Shown here: piece by piece, positions 55,701 to 64,000 of the stretch | How the letters are laid out: the number at the start of each line of letters is the position of its first letter | Position numbering within the stretch: the first letter of the stretch is position 1 | IMG/VR virus record: IMGVR_UViG_3300030110_003594 | Span: 1-64,000 of that record | DNA from: a virus | Length of the DNA stretch: 64,000 bases | Reading direction: 5' to 3' (one strand) | The notes under the pieces: model-generated | What the model was told of the DNA's origin: nothing | The model's input: only the letters and a program-made list of their open reading frames with translations | The model's database searches: none | Program-made: the position numbers and the translations under genes

Positions 55701-57919
55701 CCTTCTTCACCTTTTTTGCATGGTATCATTTCTGGTCTATTATGATAATCTCTAGCAAAATTAGTTATATCACCATCATTTCTATCTGACCAATCTAAAA
55801 TTTTACTTATTCTATTTGATATTTCATCTTCTGTATATTTAGAAGTATAAAAAGTTGTATCTTCATCAGCTCCTTTTGTAGGTCTGTATCTTGATTCCTG
55901 TATACTATTATATGGTTGTTCAAAATTTAACATCATATTAAGAAGATCTATTCTTTCTTTATATGATACTTCTAATCCTTTATTTATATCTGGATTTGAT
56001 TTCAATGCTTCATCTATATTAGCTCTTTTTTGTTCTAGATTACCATAAAGACCTGCTTCTATAACTCTATTAAAGAAATTATCATAATCATGTGGACTAA
56101 TATTTTCTGCAATATTCTTTTTCATTTCATCTCTTAGCCAAGCAATCATACTAGGACCACCCATTGCAGGAGTCAATATTTTATTAAGCGGGTGTTTAGG
56201 ATTAATCGTTTCATTTGCATGATCATGTATTTGCCATACAGGACTTACAACATTTTTAATACCTTCATATATTTTTTTAGCGTTTCCTTTTTCTTCTCCT
56301 CCTTCTTTCTTTTCAAATACATATCTTCCTTCATCATCTATTGTATAATACATTCTATTATATAATGATGCTGGTTGTACTCCTAATATATTTTCTTGTG
56401 CAAAATCAGAAAGTTTTTCCTTCCAACCTCCTTCATATTGATATGGAGATAAATCCCATTTATCATAGTAACTAATGTATTTACCTTTTTTATCTTCTCC
56501 TTGATTTAAAGTAAAGTTACCTAAAACGGAACCATAAAATCCACCAGACTGACCAGTTCCCTCTTCTTCATTTCCAGCTGTTGTTAAAAAAGTTTCAAAA
56601 TCAGGAAACTCAACCCAGCTATAATTATCCTCTATTTGTTTTTTTGTTTCCTTTTCCCATTTTTTATAATTACTACTATTTACAAAATCTTTGTGTTCTT
56701 GTATATCTTTATAGTATATGTACTTATCTGGCTCATCTTCTGCTTTATATTTTAATGTTGTTGCTTGTTTACCATTCCACATATATGGATCATTCTCTGG
56801 ATCATTGCTTTTCTTAAGATCAATTAGCCTATAAAAAAGCTCATAATCAAATTCCTCTTCTAAATTTTCTTCCCAAGCTTTATCTATATCTTCTGGATCA
56901 CCCCGCTCATCTAACAAATAATCCCTATACCAAATGTCTTTTTCAGTTTTTCCTATCCTATTAATATTTTCTTCAATTTCCTGTTCAGTGTATGGTGAGG
57001 AATAATATATATCTCCTTTGTTATGACCTTGAGTAGGAACGTATGTAGTTTGTTGTGGTATTGAATTACCTTCTTGATCAAGACCCATTAACAAATGTAA
57101 TAAATCTCTTCTTTCACCAGTTGCATCTTCACCTATATCTCCAAAATCATATTTTTTATCTTCTTTGGTAAAAATAGCATCATAAAGTCTATCATATGCA
57201 TCTTCATATCCCCATGGATCTATATTATCTGCTATTTTATTTTTTACCCAATCCACACCTTTATCAACTAGATAACTAGTAGTAGGCATAAGAGGACCTA
57301 GTAAATTTATCATGCCTAATCCATCCTGTGCTTTTGGTAGTGAACCTCCATCTTTAAATCTATGTTGTAAAGATATTTTAGGTTTAAATTGTAATGGTAG
57401 TTTTTGTACATTTTGATTTACAAAATATTCATGAGGATCATTTAAGATTGGTGAACCAATATTTAAAGCTAGATCTGTATTTCCAAAATTCTGTCTAATA
57501 CCTAAATCAAACGCACCTTTAAATATAGGATCATTATCCATTGGTAAAATACCAGTTGCATTAAACTGTGTACCTGTTGGAAAAGTATATCCTGCACCAC
57601 CTATCAATTGATTTTCTGCAGGATTATGATGTAAGAATGCACCAATATTTTTTCTTTGTCCTGGATCCCAACTAAAAGTATTTTTTAATGGTATCTCTTT
57701 AACTTTTGTTGTACCCATATTATGTATACCAGAATTAGGAGGTAATAATCTACCATTAGCTAATAATGGAATACTAACATTTGTCATATCTATTTCACCT
57801 GTTGGTGTATCAATATCTATGTAAGGTCTACTCTTAAAAGGAGAATCATCCCTATATCCAAACTTTGATATAAGTTCATTACTTGAAGGTATTTTATATT
57901 TTATTTTTGGTTCACTCAT
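52709..57919 (-). CDS. modular peptidoglycan-active virion protein: 3x LysM, L,D-transpeptidase (YkuD)-like and lysozyme-like domains
   Basis: YVVKKGDNL, YEIKSGDTL, YTVKRNDNL; YIVVDEK...TGAGVY...IHT...RMTNGCIN; IYGYESG...SVGWTQI...LMDPANSA. Confidence 0.8.
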   Translation of the reverse strand: MSEPKIKYKIPSSNELISKFGYRDDSPFKSRPYIDIDTPTGEIDMTNVSIPLLANGRLLPPNSGIHNMGTTKVKEIPLKNTFSWDPGQRKNIGAFLHHNPAENQLIGGAGYTFPTGTQFNATGILPMDNDPIFKGAFDLGIRQNFGNTDLALNIGSPILNDPHEYFVNQNVQKLPLQFKPKISLQHRFKDGGSLPKAQDGLGMINLLGPLMPTTSYLVDKGVDWVKNKIADNIDPWGYEDAYDRLYDAIFTKEDKKYDFGDIGEDATGERRDLLHLLMGLDQEGNSIPQQTTYVPTQGHNKGDIYYSSPYTEQEIEENINRIGKTEKDIWYRDYLLDERGDPEDIDKAWEENLEEEFDYELFYRLIDLKKSNDPENDPYMWNGKQATTLKYKAEDEPDKYIYYKDIQEHKDFVNSSNYKKWEKETKKQIEDNYSWVEFPDFETFLTTAGNEEEGTGQSGGFYGSVLGNFTLNQGEDKKGKYISYYDKWDLSPYQYEGGWKEKLSDFAQENILGVQPASLYNRMYYTIDDEGRYVFEKKEGGEEKGNAKKIYEGIKNVVSPVWQIHDHANETINPKHPLNKILTPAMGGPSMIAWLRDEMKKNIAENISPHDYDNFFNRVIEAGLYGNLEQKRANIDEALKSNPDINKGLEVSYKERIDLLNMMLNFEQPYNSIQESRYRPTKGADEDTTFYTSKYTEDEISNRISKILDWSDRNDGDITNFARDYHNRPEMIPCKKGEEGCIRTKDGWFFDAYEKENPNLGKGLYGDVLGNFKLDKGKDDHGHYISYFDNWNINPSSKVVDGIINTIGDMNPPQLYGRIYYDPKTKKRIPGPKKKLGGEFLRKIQRLNQQLESYNSGGKVSPLAKKELEKLNLIKPKMQTGGEPIVQKSYVVKKGDNLSRIARANNMTLSEILTLNPKYMDDPSTIYSGDRISLSENTSIDDSTATFTYEIKSGDTLSAIASKYGVRYQDIAALNNISDPRKIQPGQKITLPDNVNTNDKNINRNKKIIESPYTEVGEMNVDDNHGVNTSWNRRKWNSDKGKWENSGKRTIKTQINKMDQADRITQGMNEIEGDNSKQINYTVKRNDNLSTIASENGVTLEKLLSDNNITNADEIQIGQNIKINKSAGKPYIVVDEKKGRMHLYYPGNDKPVKSYPILTGENVGDAQTVTKGSFFYNGVKLDREGLNNAMEKHDAGSIDELMEVEGYTSEIDWAKGNKQTGAGVYTIGTMNEDSGYYDDSGEGRPTPSFVLKNANDDEVPMVIHTVPSSKDVDRINSLQDGNSDNNRMTNGCINGTCTALTELYENPDVGEGTKVFILPEDAGNNFVYENGEINFYASRDNQKEYQTYIDSEGNEQDGHGIANKMTSTYKPINITFDKNYYQTNSERYDGTAAGEEEEFVNNTQPFLNSLTDNKKFMMDKLGMDGDMYNDLALIAFGIYGYESGMGDEGSASENFIKAGTKYLTNKTGLNLGDTSPDVRSKYETYGVTGDNRSVGWTQIRWNERDETEIEALKKVGITSNDQLMDPANSAKATIAILYKEYQNQISSSQKKDPDFDIYTELPKKYSPTGGDDYANMVNKYIDYIDLQETDIDNVDNNVIVKGEYSDLNPESNKRIKEKPIEEKILNLGETIKHGYNKNVAPKIDAVIDELGEVKENVSEWWDKVDLNPFSKLGGEFGMKNQVQFYNDYISGVYKGTKQENKANKLYDKLNRMYYNDSKTSGLHQLDVMKSILRSNR

Positions 57920-60900
57920 TATCTAAAAGATGCATTAATTTTTGTATTAGCTAATTTTAATATCATTTTTCTATCAGCAGATATATTTTTTCTAAGTATA
58001 ACTTTATTCCAGTAATGTCTAAATTTCTTACGTTGTAGCTCTGGTTTATTATAATCTAAGTTTGCTTGATTTAAATCTTTTATATAACCATTTAATTGTG
58101 TTATAAATATTGGCAGATTCCAGTTAGGATCAAACTCACCTCTATCTCTTGTAATATCCCAGAACTGATTAAATCTATATTTCTGTTCTACTTTACTATA
58201 TAGTATTCTTATCTCATTACCTGTAATAAAAGGGAATTGTGTAATTAAAGGTACATTGTTTTTAGGATCTAGTGTTAATGCAAGTTCCCCTGATACTTGT
58301 TCAGTGTTGTGTATTATTGCATGATCAAAATTCCAATCTAAATCATGGAATCTATCACCACAATTATCATCTAAGTTTCCTCTATAGATATAAGATTCTA
58401 ATTGATACTCTACACTTCTAATTGTATTAACAGTTTGACCTACAGCTTCAACCCATTCTATTTCCCATGGATAATTTTCTCCATAATAGTTTGCATATAA
58501 ATCACATCTATCATTATGTTTCCATATACCACCTTTTGTAAATGTTCCATCTAAACAACATTCATAATCATAATGACACATTTTAGGATTAGAGTTAACC
58601 CATAAAGGATCTCCAACACCTGTGGTTGTATTATACCATTTTGCTATACCATTCATAATATCTGAAGGACATATTCCTGTTGTTGTTACAGGTATTGATG
58701 GAAATGGTAATTGAGTTGGATCACATTCACATTCCATTTTTCTACATACACCATTTTTACCCTCAACTACACAACTTTCATTTAATCCTAAAACTTGATG
58801 AGGAGGTGCTGTACCATCTGTTAATTGAGTTATTCTTTCGTATCCTGCAGGACATGAACATACTGGAGGTAATGTACATAAATTATTAGCTAATGTAGTT
58901 GCAAAATCAGTAACAGTAGCTGGAGTTAAACTTAAGTTTTGATAATTTGTATCACCAGCTGTTACTATATCAAAATCAGCCTGATTAGCAGTTCCAGTTG
59001 GATGACAATATAATCCCCAGCTTTCTGAAGAAATAGTTGCTAATCCTGCAGTCTCAGCTGCATTAGCATAACCAACATTAAAACCAGGATTATTTGGATT
59101 TCCACTTGCATCATTATTAGGAAAGCTTGAAGGCATAGCTCCTTGTAAAGATTGATAATATTGAGAAGCGTGAGCTCCACCACCATTATCACCACCATCT
59201 GCCATTATAATACAAATACGTTTATAAGCTGAATGATCTGTTCTATCTCCTAAAGTAGAATTAAGTACACCAGATAACTGTTGTTGTGCATCATCAAATG
59301 CACAAAAGAAACCAGTAGTACCACCATCACCTGGTATATAATCACTTCCCCAAGTTGTTGAAACTGTATAATTAGACATATTTACTTCACCCTCAAGTAC
59401 CCCTCCTGATCCATCTGGAGATGGTGTATGGTTATAATAATCACCACAACTATCCCATGAAGCTAATCCTATTTGAACATCTCCACTATCCATATCAGTT
59501 TTAAATGCCAATACAAAATCATCAACAAAACTTCTAAAATGGTGTAGAAAATCTTCTGTAGAACCTGATTTATCAATAGCAAGTACAATATCTAATTGAC
59601 AATCAAGTTGCTCTATATAAAATTCAACAGGTACTTCATCAACAATTACATCTGCTTCATAACTACCTTGAAATACTTGACAACATGTTTGTGTTGATGG
59701 ATTCCAAGTAAAGCCAGGAGGACAATTTGGTTCAGCCTCAAGATCTTCATAACTATTAGTTGTGAAGAAATGATTTAAACTTGGTATCATTAATTCAGGA
59801 TGCCAATCGTGGAATGACATCCAAGCTTCATATTTAGGATCATAACTTATTGTCCATGATACATCTTCAAAATATGTTTCATCTTGTAATGAAACTGGCG
59901 TTGTATTATCTAACATTTCAACAGGAGCATATTCTCTACATTCACACATATATTGTCCAGCAGAATTTGTTATTAAATCACATGTAGGATCTGCACATGA
60001 ATATGTTGGTGGAGGTGTTACATCATCTATTATTTCAGTTGCTACAGCTATTATATCTGCAACATCTGCAAAAGCTCCTCCATATGCATTACCAGAATTT
60101 GCAAATTCTTCACCATAATTTAAATGTAGATTTGTTGGAGCATTACCACCTGGATCAACAACAACTGAATAACTTTTTTGAGCATATGGTGCATTCATAT
60201 AATCAGGATTATTTAATACATTAGTATTAAACCATGTACATTCATAATCACCTACACTCCAAGTAGTAGTTGTAGTTGGATCACCTGGCCAAACAACATC
60301 AGGAGTTAATGGACTTACACTCATTCCTTTGTATATATCAGTACCTGTAATACCAGCTTCACTATATGAACTACTTACATAAGATATACCTGGACCTCCG
60401 TTTGCTTGTAATATTGAAATACTACCTTCAGCTACTTGACCTCCATCAAATAATGAAATTAAAACTTTAGGAACTGATCTAGAACCTGTTCCATATAATA
60501 AATTTTGTCCATTCCATACTCCTCCTAATATATCTGTTCCATAAGGATTGTCATCACCTTGACCTAAACCTGTAGAAGTTGATACTCCTCTATCTGCTGC
60601 TATTCCATATGTAGATGTTACATCAGGTTGATAACCTGTATTAGCACCATTCCAATCAAATGTTATTCCTGGTGTACCAACCCATTGATTAATAAGTGTC
60701 ATATCACTAGTTAATTCTTGTTGTTCTCCCCAATTCATAAAAGTATCCGGAGAAGAACAATCTGGACAATTACCTGGATTGTTACAATCTGCTGATGTTT
60801 GACCATGATCTGACATTGGAATATCTGAACATCTACCACCACCAAAATGAGTTAATCCAATTCTAATGTTTCCACTTCCTATTTGAGTTGCTAATTGGTC

Positions 60901-63900
60901 AATCATTACTTTTATAAAATTCTGCATATTACCAATATTATTATTGCTATCTACAGAATTTGATGCATCAACTACAAATACAATATCTACTTGACCACCT
61001 TCTTGATCTTCTATTGCAGGATATAAATTTATTTTTTCACACTCTTCACCAACAGGATTTCCAGGATTATATGTAAATCCATCTGGACAACAAGGAGTTG
61101 CAGGAACATTATTACAAGCCGTATTATTATAAACAAATCCTTCACATGGAACAAAATCTATACATTCTGGTAATATACAATTATAATCTTTTTTACTAAA
61201 ATATATTAAATCATAATTTGGATCATATACTGATTGACATCCAATTCCTGCAACAGGATTATCTACCCAGTTATTACAACCTTCCATTCCAGGATATTGG
61301 TTTAAAAGAAAAGATGGTAAGTATTTATTAAACCATTGTTTCATTCCTTTATTAGCAATATTTTCTAAAGATTGTCCATTATATTTAAATACTTTTCCTT
61401 GAGCTTGAGATATATAAAATAATCCAGATGGTGTATTAATAACACTTCTTGCACTTTCACATGATCCATATTCATATGATATATCTGTATTTACTACATT
61501 TTGCATAGGTTGACTAAATAAACCACCATCACCTATTGTAAGTTTAGTTCCTAGATCTGTTTGTAATTGATCTACTCCTTGCCACATTGCTGGTGCAAGG
61601 TTTGGAAATAATATCATTGCACCACTTTTAGATACTGGTTTAATTACATTAACTCTATTTTTAAAGTCTTTATAATTTAACGGTAAGAACACTCTCCAAA
61701 AATCTTTTTTAGCTTCAAGTTGTGCTTGTAATGAATATATAAGTCTTTTAGGATAATGCCTATAACATTTTTCTGATACTAATGGATCATAATCTTTTGG
61801 TTGAATAAATCCAAAAGATATTAATTGACTAAAAAATCTACCTTTACTTAATGAAGAATCATATTTATAAAAATTATCTTTTCTTATAATATCAGCATCA
61901 AATAATGCTTCTACATCTGTATACTCTAACCAATCATAATGTCTTTTTTCATCTACATCTTCCCAATCTCTTAATGCTACATTAATAGTTGATTCAACAA
62001 AAAACTCATTAACACCATTACAATGAGTATACATATATCCATTTTTAATATGAAATATAGAACTACTTCCTGTAGGCATATTAGGTGCAACTTGATTAGG
62101 AGCAGCAGTATTAACTGGTCCACTTGCTGTTGCATCTTCATCTTCACTACTTGAAGAACCAGATGAAGAACCTCCATCATCATCAGCTAAATCACCACCC
62201 GGTCTATCTAAAAAATATAAACCGCTAGGCATAGCTCCTGCTAATCCACCAGGAGTTGAACCTGTTAAAAAACTAAGATTTGTTATTTGTCTTACCATTT
62301 CTGATAATTCAAATTTCTTAGTATCCATCCAATAGATAGGACGTGGAACATTAGATCTTAATTTATAATCATATGCAAACATATCTGGTTGACCTTTTAG
62401 AAAGTCCCAGAAGAATGGCATTATTACTTTTTCTGAATATCTATTTAAATAACAATCTCCTCCATATATTGTAGGAGTTGTAAATCTATTAGCATTATTT
62501 ATTTCACTTCCTGTTAACGGATCTGTTATAATTTCATATGTCCATGGTATAATTTCTCCACTTGAATTATATCTTCTTTGATCTTCAAAATATGATATAC
62601 ATCCTGAAGGAACTTGTTTTATTTGATCTAATTGACCATACTGATTTTTAAATGCAACTTTTAATGCAGTATAATGTGCAGCTATATTTGCTTGTCTATA
62701 TTGTCCAGGATTCCACCATCCACTAAAGTTACCTATAATAAATTTAGAGTTATCCATTTCTCCAACAGGTGCTGGAAAATCTGCTTCTCCAGTTGTAATT
62801 GTATTTATACAAACTGTCTTAGGTCTTTGTAAATTATTAACTCTTACATTTGCTGTTAAATTTTGCATTGATGAACCAACATATCTAGCTTTATTAACTA
62901 ATTGTCTAAATGGTGACCATCCGTCTCTTTGTTGTGTTGCCCAATATAATCCATGCCCACTATATTTCCATGCATAATCTTGCATGCTAACTAAATTATA
63001 TATCATATCTATTACTACTTGTCCACCTTCTGCTGTAAATGACATAAATTGATACAAACCAAATACAAGTTGTGCTAATGATGGAAGAGCTTCAAATCTA
63101 GCTCCTTCAAATTCTACTGATGTATTTGGACCAACATGTCCAGCTGTTGCTGCTGCAGCTGCATTTTCTTCTGTTGCAAATAAAGGTTCATAGAAAAATC
63201 TTTGTGCCATCTTTGGTGCACCTACAACTGTTGATGCACTCAATACACTTTCATTAGCATTCATTCCTGCAAGTGTAGCTAAATTACCTGTTAACATAAG
63301 ACCAGCATTAGCTGCTGCTGCAGCAGTAACTGCCCCAAATCCAGGAGCCATACCTGTAAGTGTTGGTTCAGGAATTTGAATTACTTCATTTGCAGTAACA
63401 AGAGTATAAATATATTCTGCTGCAGTTGCAAAAATAACACTACCTTCAAGATATGTTACAGCACCAGTAATACCTCCAAGATGCGTGTCTAAACTATATG
63501 GACCTCCTTCTCGTCCTATTGATAATGATCTTGCTCCATCCATTTTGGTATTACGTTTACCACGCATTTCTCCAATAGCATAACCAGCACCTACAAATAT
63601 TGCAATCCACATACATACATTTCTAAGAAGTTTATTTTGTGGATGTTTTTCAGATGGTTTAAATCTACCTAAAGAAGTACCTGTAACCATTCCATATGTT
63701 TTTAATTCATACGGAGATAAGAAAGGTTTATTAAAGGATGTTTCTGGTGAATGAAAAGTAAATAAATTTGTTGCTGTATATCCTGCAGAATATGGAGTAT
63801 CAGCTTGTCTATTACCGTTAGCAACATATGAAAAAGTATTACTACCTGATAAATAAGGATCTGAATTACAATCATTAAAAGGATAATTTGGTATAAATCC

Positions 63901-63999
63901 TTGTGTTCCTACAGTTTCATGACCTTGTGCGTTAGGAGGTAAATCATATCTTCTCATGTTTCTTGCTAAACCTTTTGCTATAATAGATTTATTACCTTC
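57919..63999 (-). CDS. crAss-like tail stabilization/muzzle-like protein with two inserted vWA domains (5' truncated by the window edge)
   Basis: Frame stays open upstream of 63957 (EGNKSIIAKGLARNM...). FHSPET, QYGQL, YGGDCYL, IGDGGLF, SWTISY, WMSFHDWHP motifs; DASNS and DKSGS MIDAS motifs. Confidence 0.72.
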   Translation of the reverse strand, partial: EGNKSIIAKGLARNMRRYDLPPNAQGHETVGTQGFIPNYPFNDCNSDPYLSGSNTFSYVANGNRQADTPYSAGYTATNLFTFHSPETSFNKPFLSPYELKTYGMVTGTSLGRFKPSEKHPQNKLLRNVCMWIAIFVGAGYAIGEMRGKRNTKMDGARSLSIGREGGPYSLDTHLGGITGAVTYLEGSVIFATAAEYIYTLVTANEVIQIPEPTLTGMAPGFGAVTAAAAANAGLMLTGNLATLAGMNANESVLSASTVVGAPKMAQRFFYEPLFATEENAAAAATAGHVGPNTSVEFEGARFEALPSLAQLVFGLYQFMSFTAEGGQVVIDMIYNLVSMQDYAWKYSGHGLYWATQQRDGWSPFRQLVNKARYVGSSMQNLTANVRVNNLQRPKTVCINTITTGEADFPAPVGEMDNSKFIIGNFSGWWNPGQYRQANIAAHYTALKVAFKNQYGQLDQIKQVPSGCISYFEDQRRYNSSGEIIPWTYEIITDPLTGSEINNANRFTTPTIYGGDCYLNRYSEKVIMPFFWDFLKGQPDMFAYDYKLRSNVPRPIYWMDTKKFELSEMVRQITNLSFLTGSTPGGLAGAMPSGLYFLDRPGGDLADDDGGSSSGSSSSEDEDATASGPVNTAAPNQVAPNMPTGSSSIFHIKNGYMYTHCNGVNEFFVESTINVALRDWEDVDEKRHYDWLEYTDVEALFDADIIRKDNFYKYDSSLSKGRFFSQLISFGFIQPKDYDPLVSEKCYRHYPKRLIYSLQAQLEAKKDFWRVFLPLNYKDFKNRVNVIKPVSKSGAMILFPNLAPAMWQGVDQLQTDLGTKLTIGDGGLFSQPMQNVVNTDISYEYGSCESARSVINTPSGLFYISQAQGKVFKYNGQSLENIANKGMKQWFNKYLPSFLLNQYPGMEGCNNWVDNPVAGIGCQSVYDPNYDLIYFSKKDYNCILPECIDFVPCEGFVYNNTACNNVPATPCCPDGFTYNPGNPVGEECEKINLYPAIEDQEGGQVDIVFVVDASNSVDSNNNIGNMQNFIKVMIDQLATQIGSGNIRIGLTHFGGGRCSDIPMSDHGQTSADCNNPGNCPDCSSPDTFMNWGEQQELTSDMTLINQWVGTPGITFDWNGANTGYQPDVTSTYGIAADRGVSTSTGLGQGDDNPYGTDILGGVWNGQNLLYGTGSRSVPKVLISLFDGGQVAEGSISILQANGGPGISYVSSSYSEAGITGTDIYKGMSVSPLTPDVVWPGDPTTTTTWSVGDYECTWFNTNVLNNPDYMNAPYAQKSYSVVVDPGGNAPTNLHLNYGEEFANSGNAYGGAFADVADIIAVATEIIDDVTPPPTYSCADPTCDLITNSAGQYMCECREYAPVEMLDNTTPVSLQDETYFEDVSWTISYDPKYEAWMSFHDWHPELMIPSLNHFFTTNSYEDLEAEPNCPPGFTWNPSTQTCCQVFQGSYEADVIVDEVPVEFYIEQLDCQLDIVLAIDKSGSTEDFLHHFRSFVDDFVLAFKTDMDSGDVQIGLASWDSCGDYYNHTPSPDGSGGVLEGEVNMSNYTVSTTWGSDYIPGDGGTTGFFCAFDDAQQQLSGVLNSTLGDRTDHSAYKRICIIMADGGDNGGGAHASQYYQSLQGAMPSSFPNNDASGNPNNPGFNVGYANAAETAGLATISSESWGLYCHPTGTANQADFDIVTAGDTNYQNLSLTPATVTDFATTLANNLCTLPPVCSCPAGYERITQLTDGTAPPHQVLGLNESCVVEGKNGVCRKMECECDPTQLPFPSIPVTTTGICPSDIMNGIAKWYNTTTGVGDPLWVNSNPKMCHYDYECCLDGTFTKGGIWKHNDRCDLYANYYGENYPWEIEWVEAVGQTVNTIRSVEYQLESYIYRGNLDDNCGDRFHDLDWNFDHAIIHNTEQVSGELALTLDPKNNVPLITQFPFITGNEIRILYSKVEQKYRFNQFWDITRDRGEFDPNWNLPIFITQLNGYIKDLNQANLDYNKPELQRKKFRHYWNKVILRKNISADRKMILKLANTKINASFR

Positions 64000-64000
64000 T

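Noticed and set aside
1118-62183. Numerous 60-127 aa ORFs antisense or out of frame within long genes (e.g. 4609, 9713, 14292, 26520, 34251, 49223, 61977)
   Set aside because: Fully nested shadow ORFs with the Ser/Leu/Ile/Phe-biased composition expected from the opposite strand of AT-rich genes; no motifs.
1-64000. Stop-codon reassignment (TAG/TGA) as in some crAss-like phages
   Set aside because: Very long ORFs are intact in code 11, and TAG/TGA are used as real stops at tight gene junctions (e.g. 1003, 2088, ATGA overlaps).
1-64000. tRNA/rRNA genes, integrase or transposase
   Set aside because: Intergenic gaps are short and AT-rich with no cloverleaf or T-loop GTTCRA context, and no recombinase motifs were recognised.

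Overview
AT-rich, densely coding segment of a large Bacteroidota (probably marine Flavobacteriia) phage of the crAss-like/Crassvirales-related type, in the standard genetic code. The + strand 1-2584 holds the end of a replication/DNA-metabolism block: a probable PolB C-terminus, a DUF932 protein, a spore-photoproduct-lyase-like radical SAM protein and an Nmad1/DUF1599-like protein. Nearly everything else is one - strand late/virion block. It encodes a tail stabilization-like protein with two vWA insertions, three giant modular proteins punctuated by a repeated GG-x-LPKAQxG linker, a 5198-aa virion RNA polymerase (DFDID), two more large cargo proteins, a SET-domain protein, a 3TM holin, tail-fibre/LamG proteins, four small paralogous beta-proteins and many micro-ORFs. 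A + strand class II ribonucleotide reductase island interrupts it. The best candidates for undescribed biology are: (i) GG-linker cargo polyproteins, one module of which is a permuted papain-like protease; (ii) a translationally coupled envelope module (CxxC-less thioredoxin, T9SS-sorted Cys-repeat protein, outer-membrane beta-barrel); (iii) an unannotated 24-aa CDGSH [2Fe-2S] micro-protein. All family calls are by eye from motifs; no searches were run.
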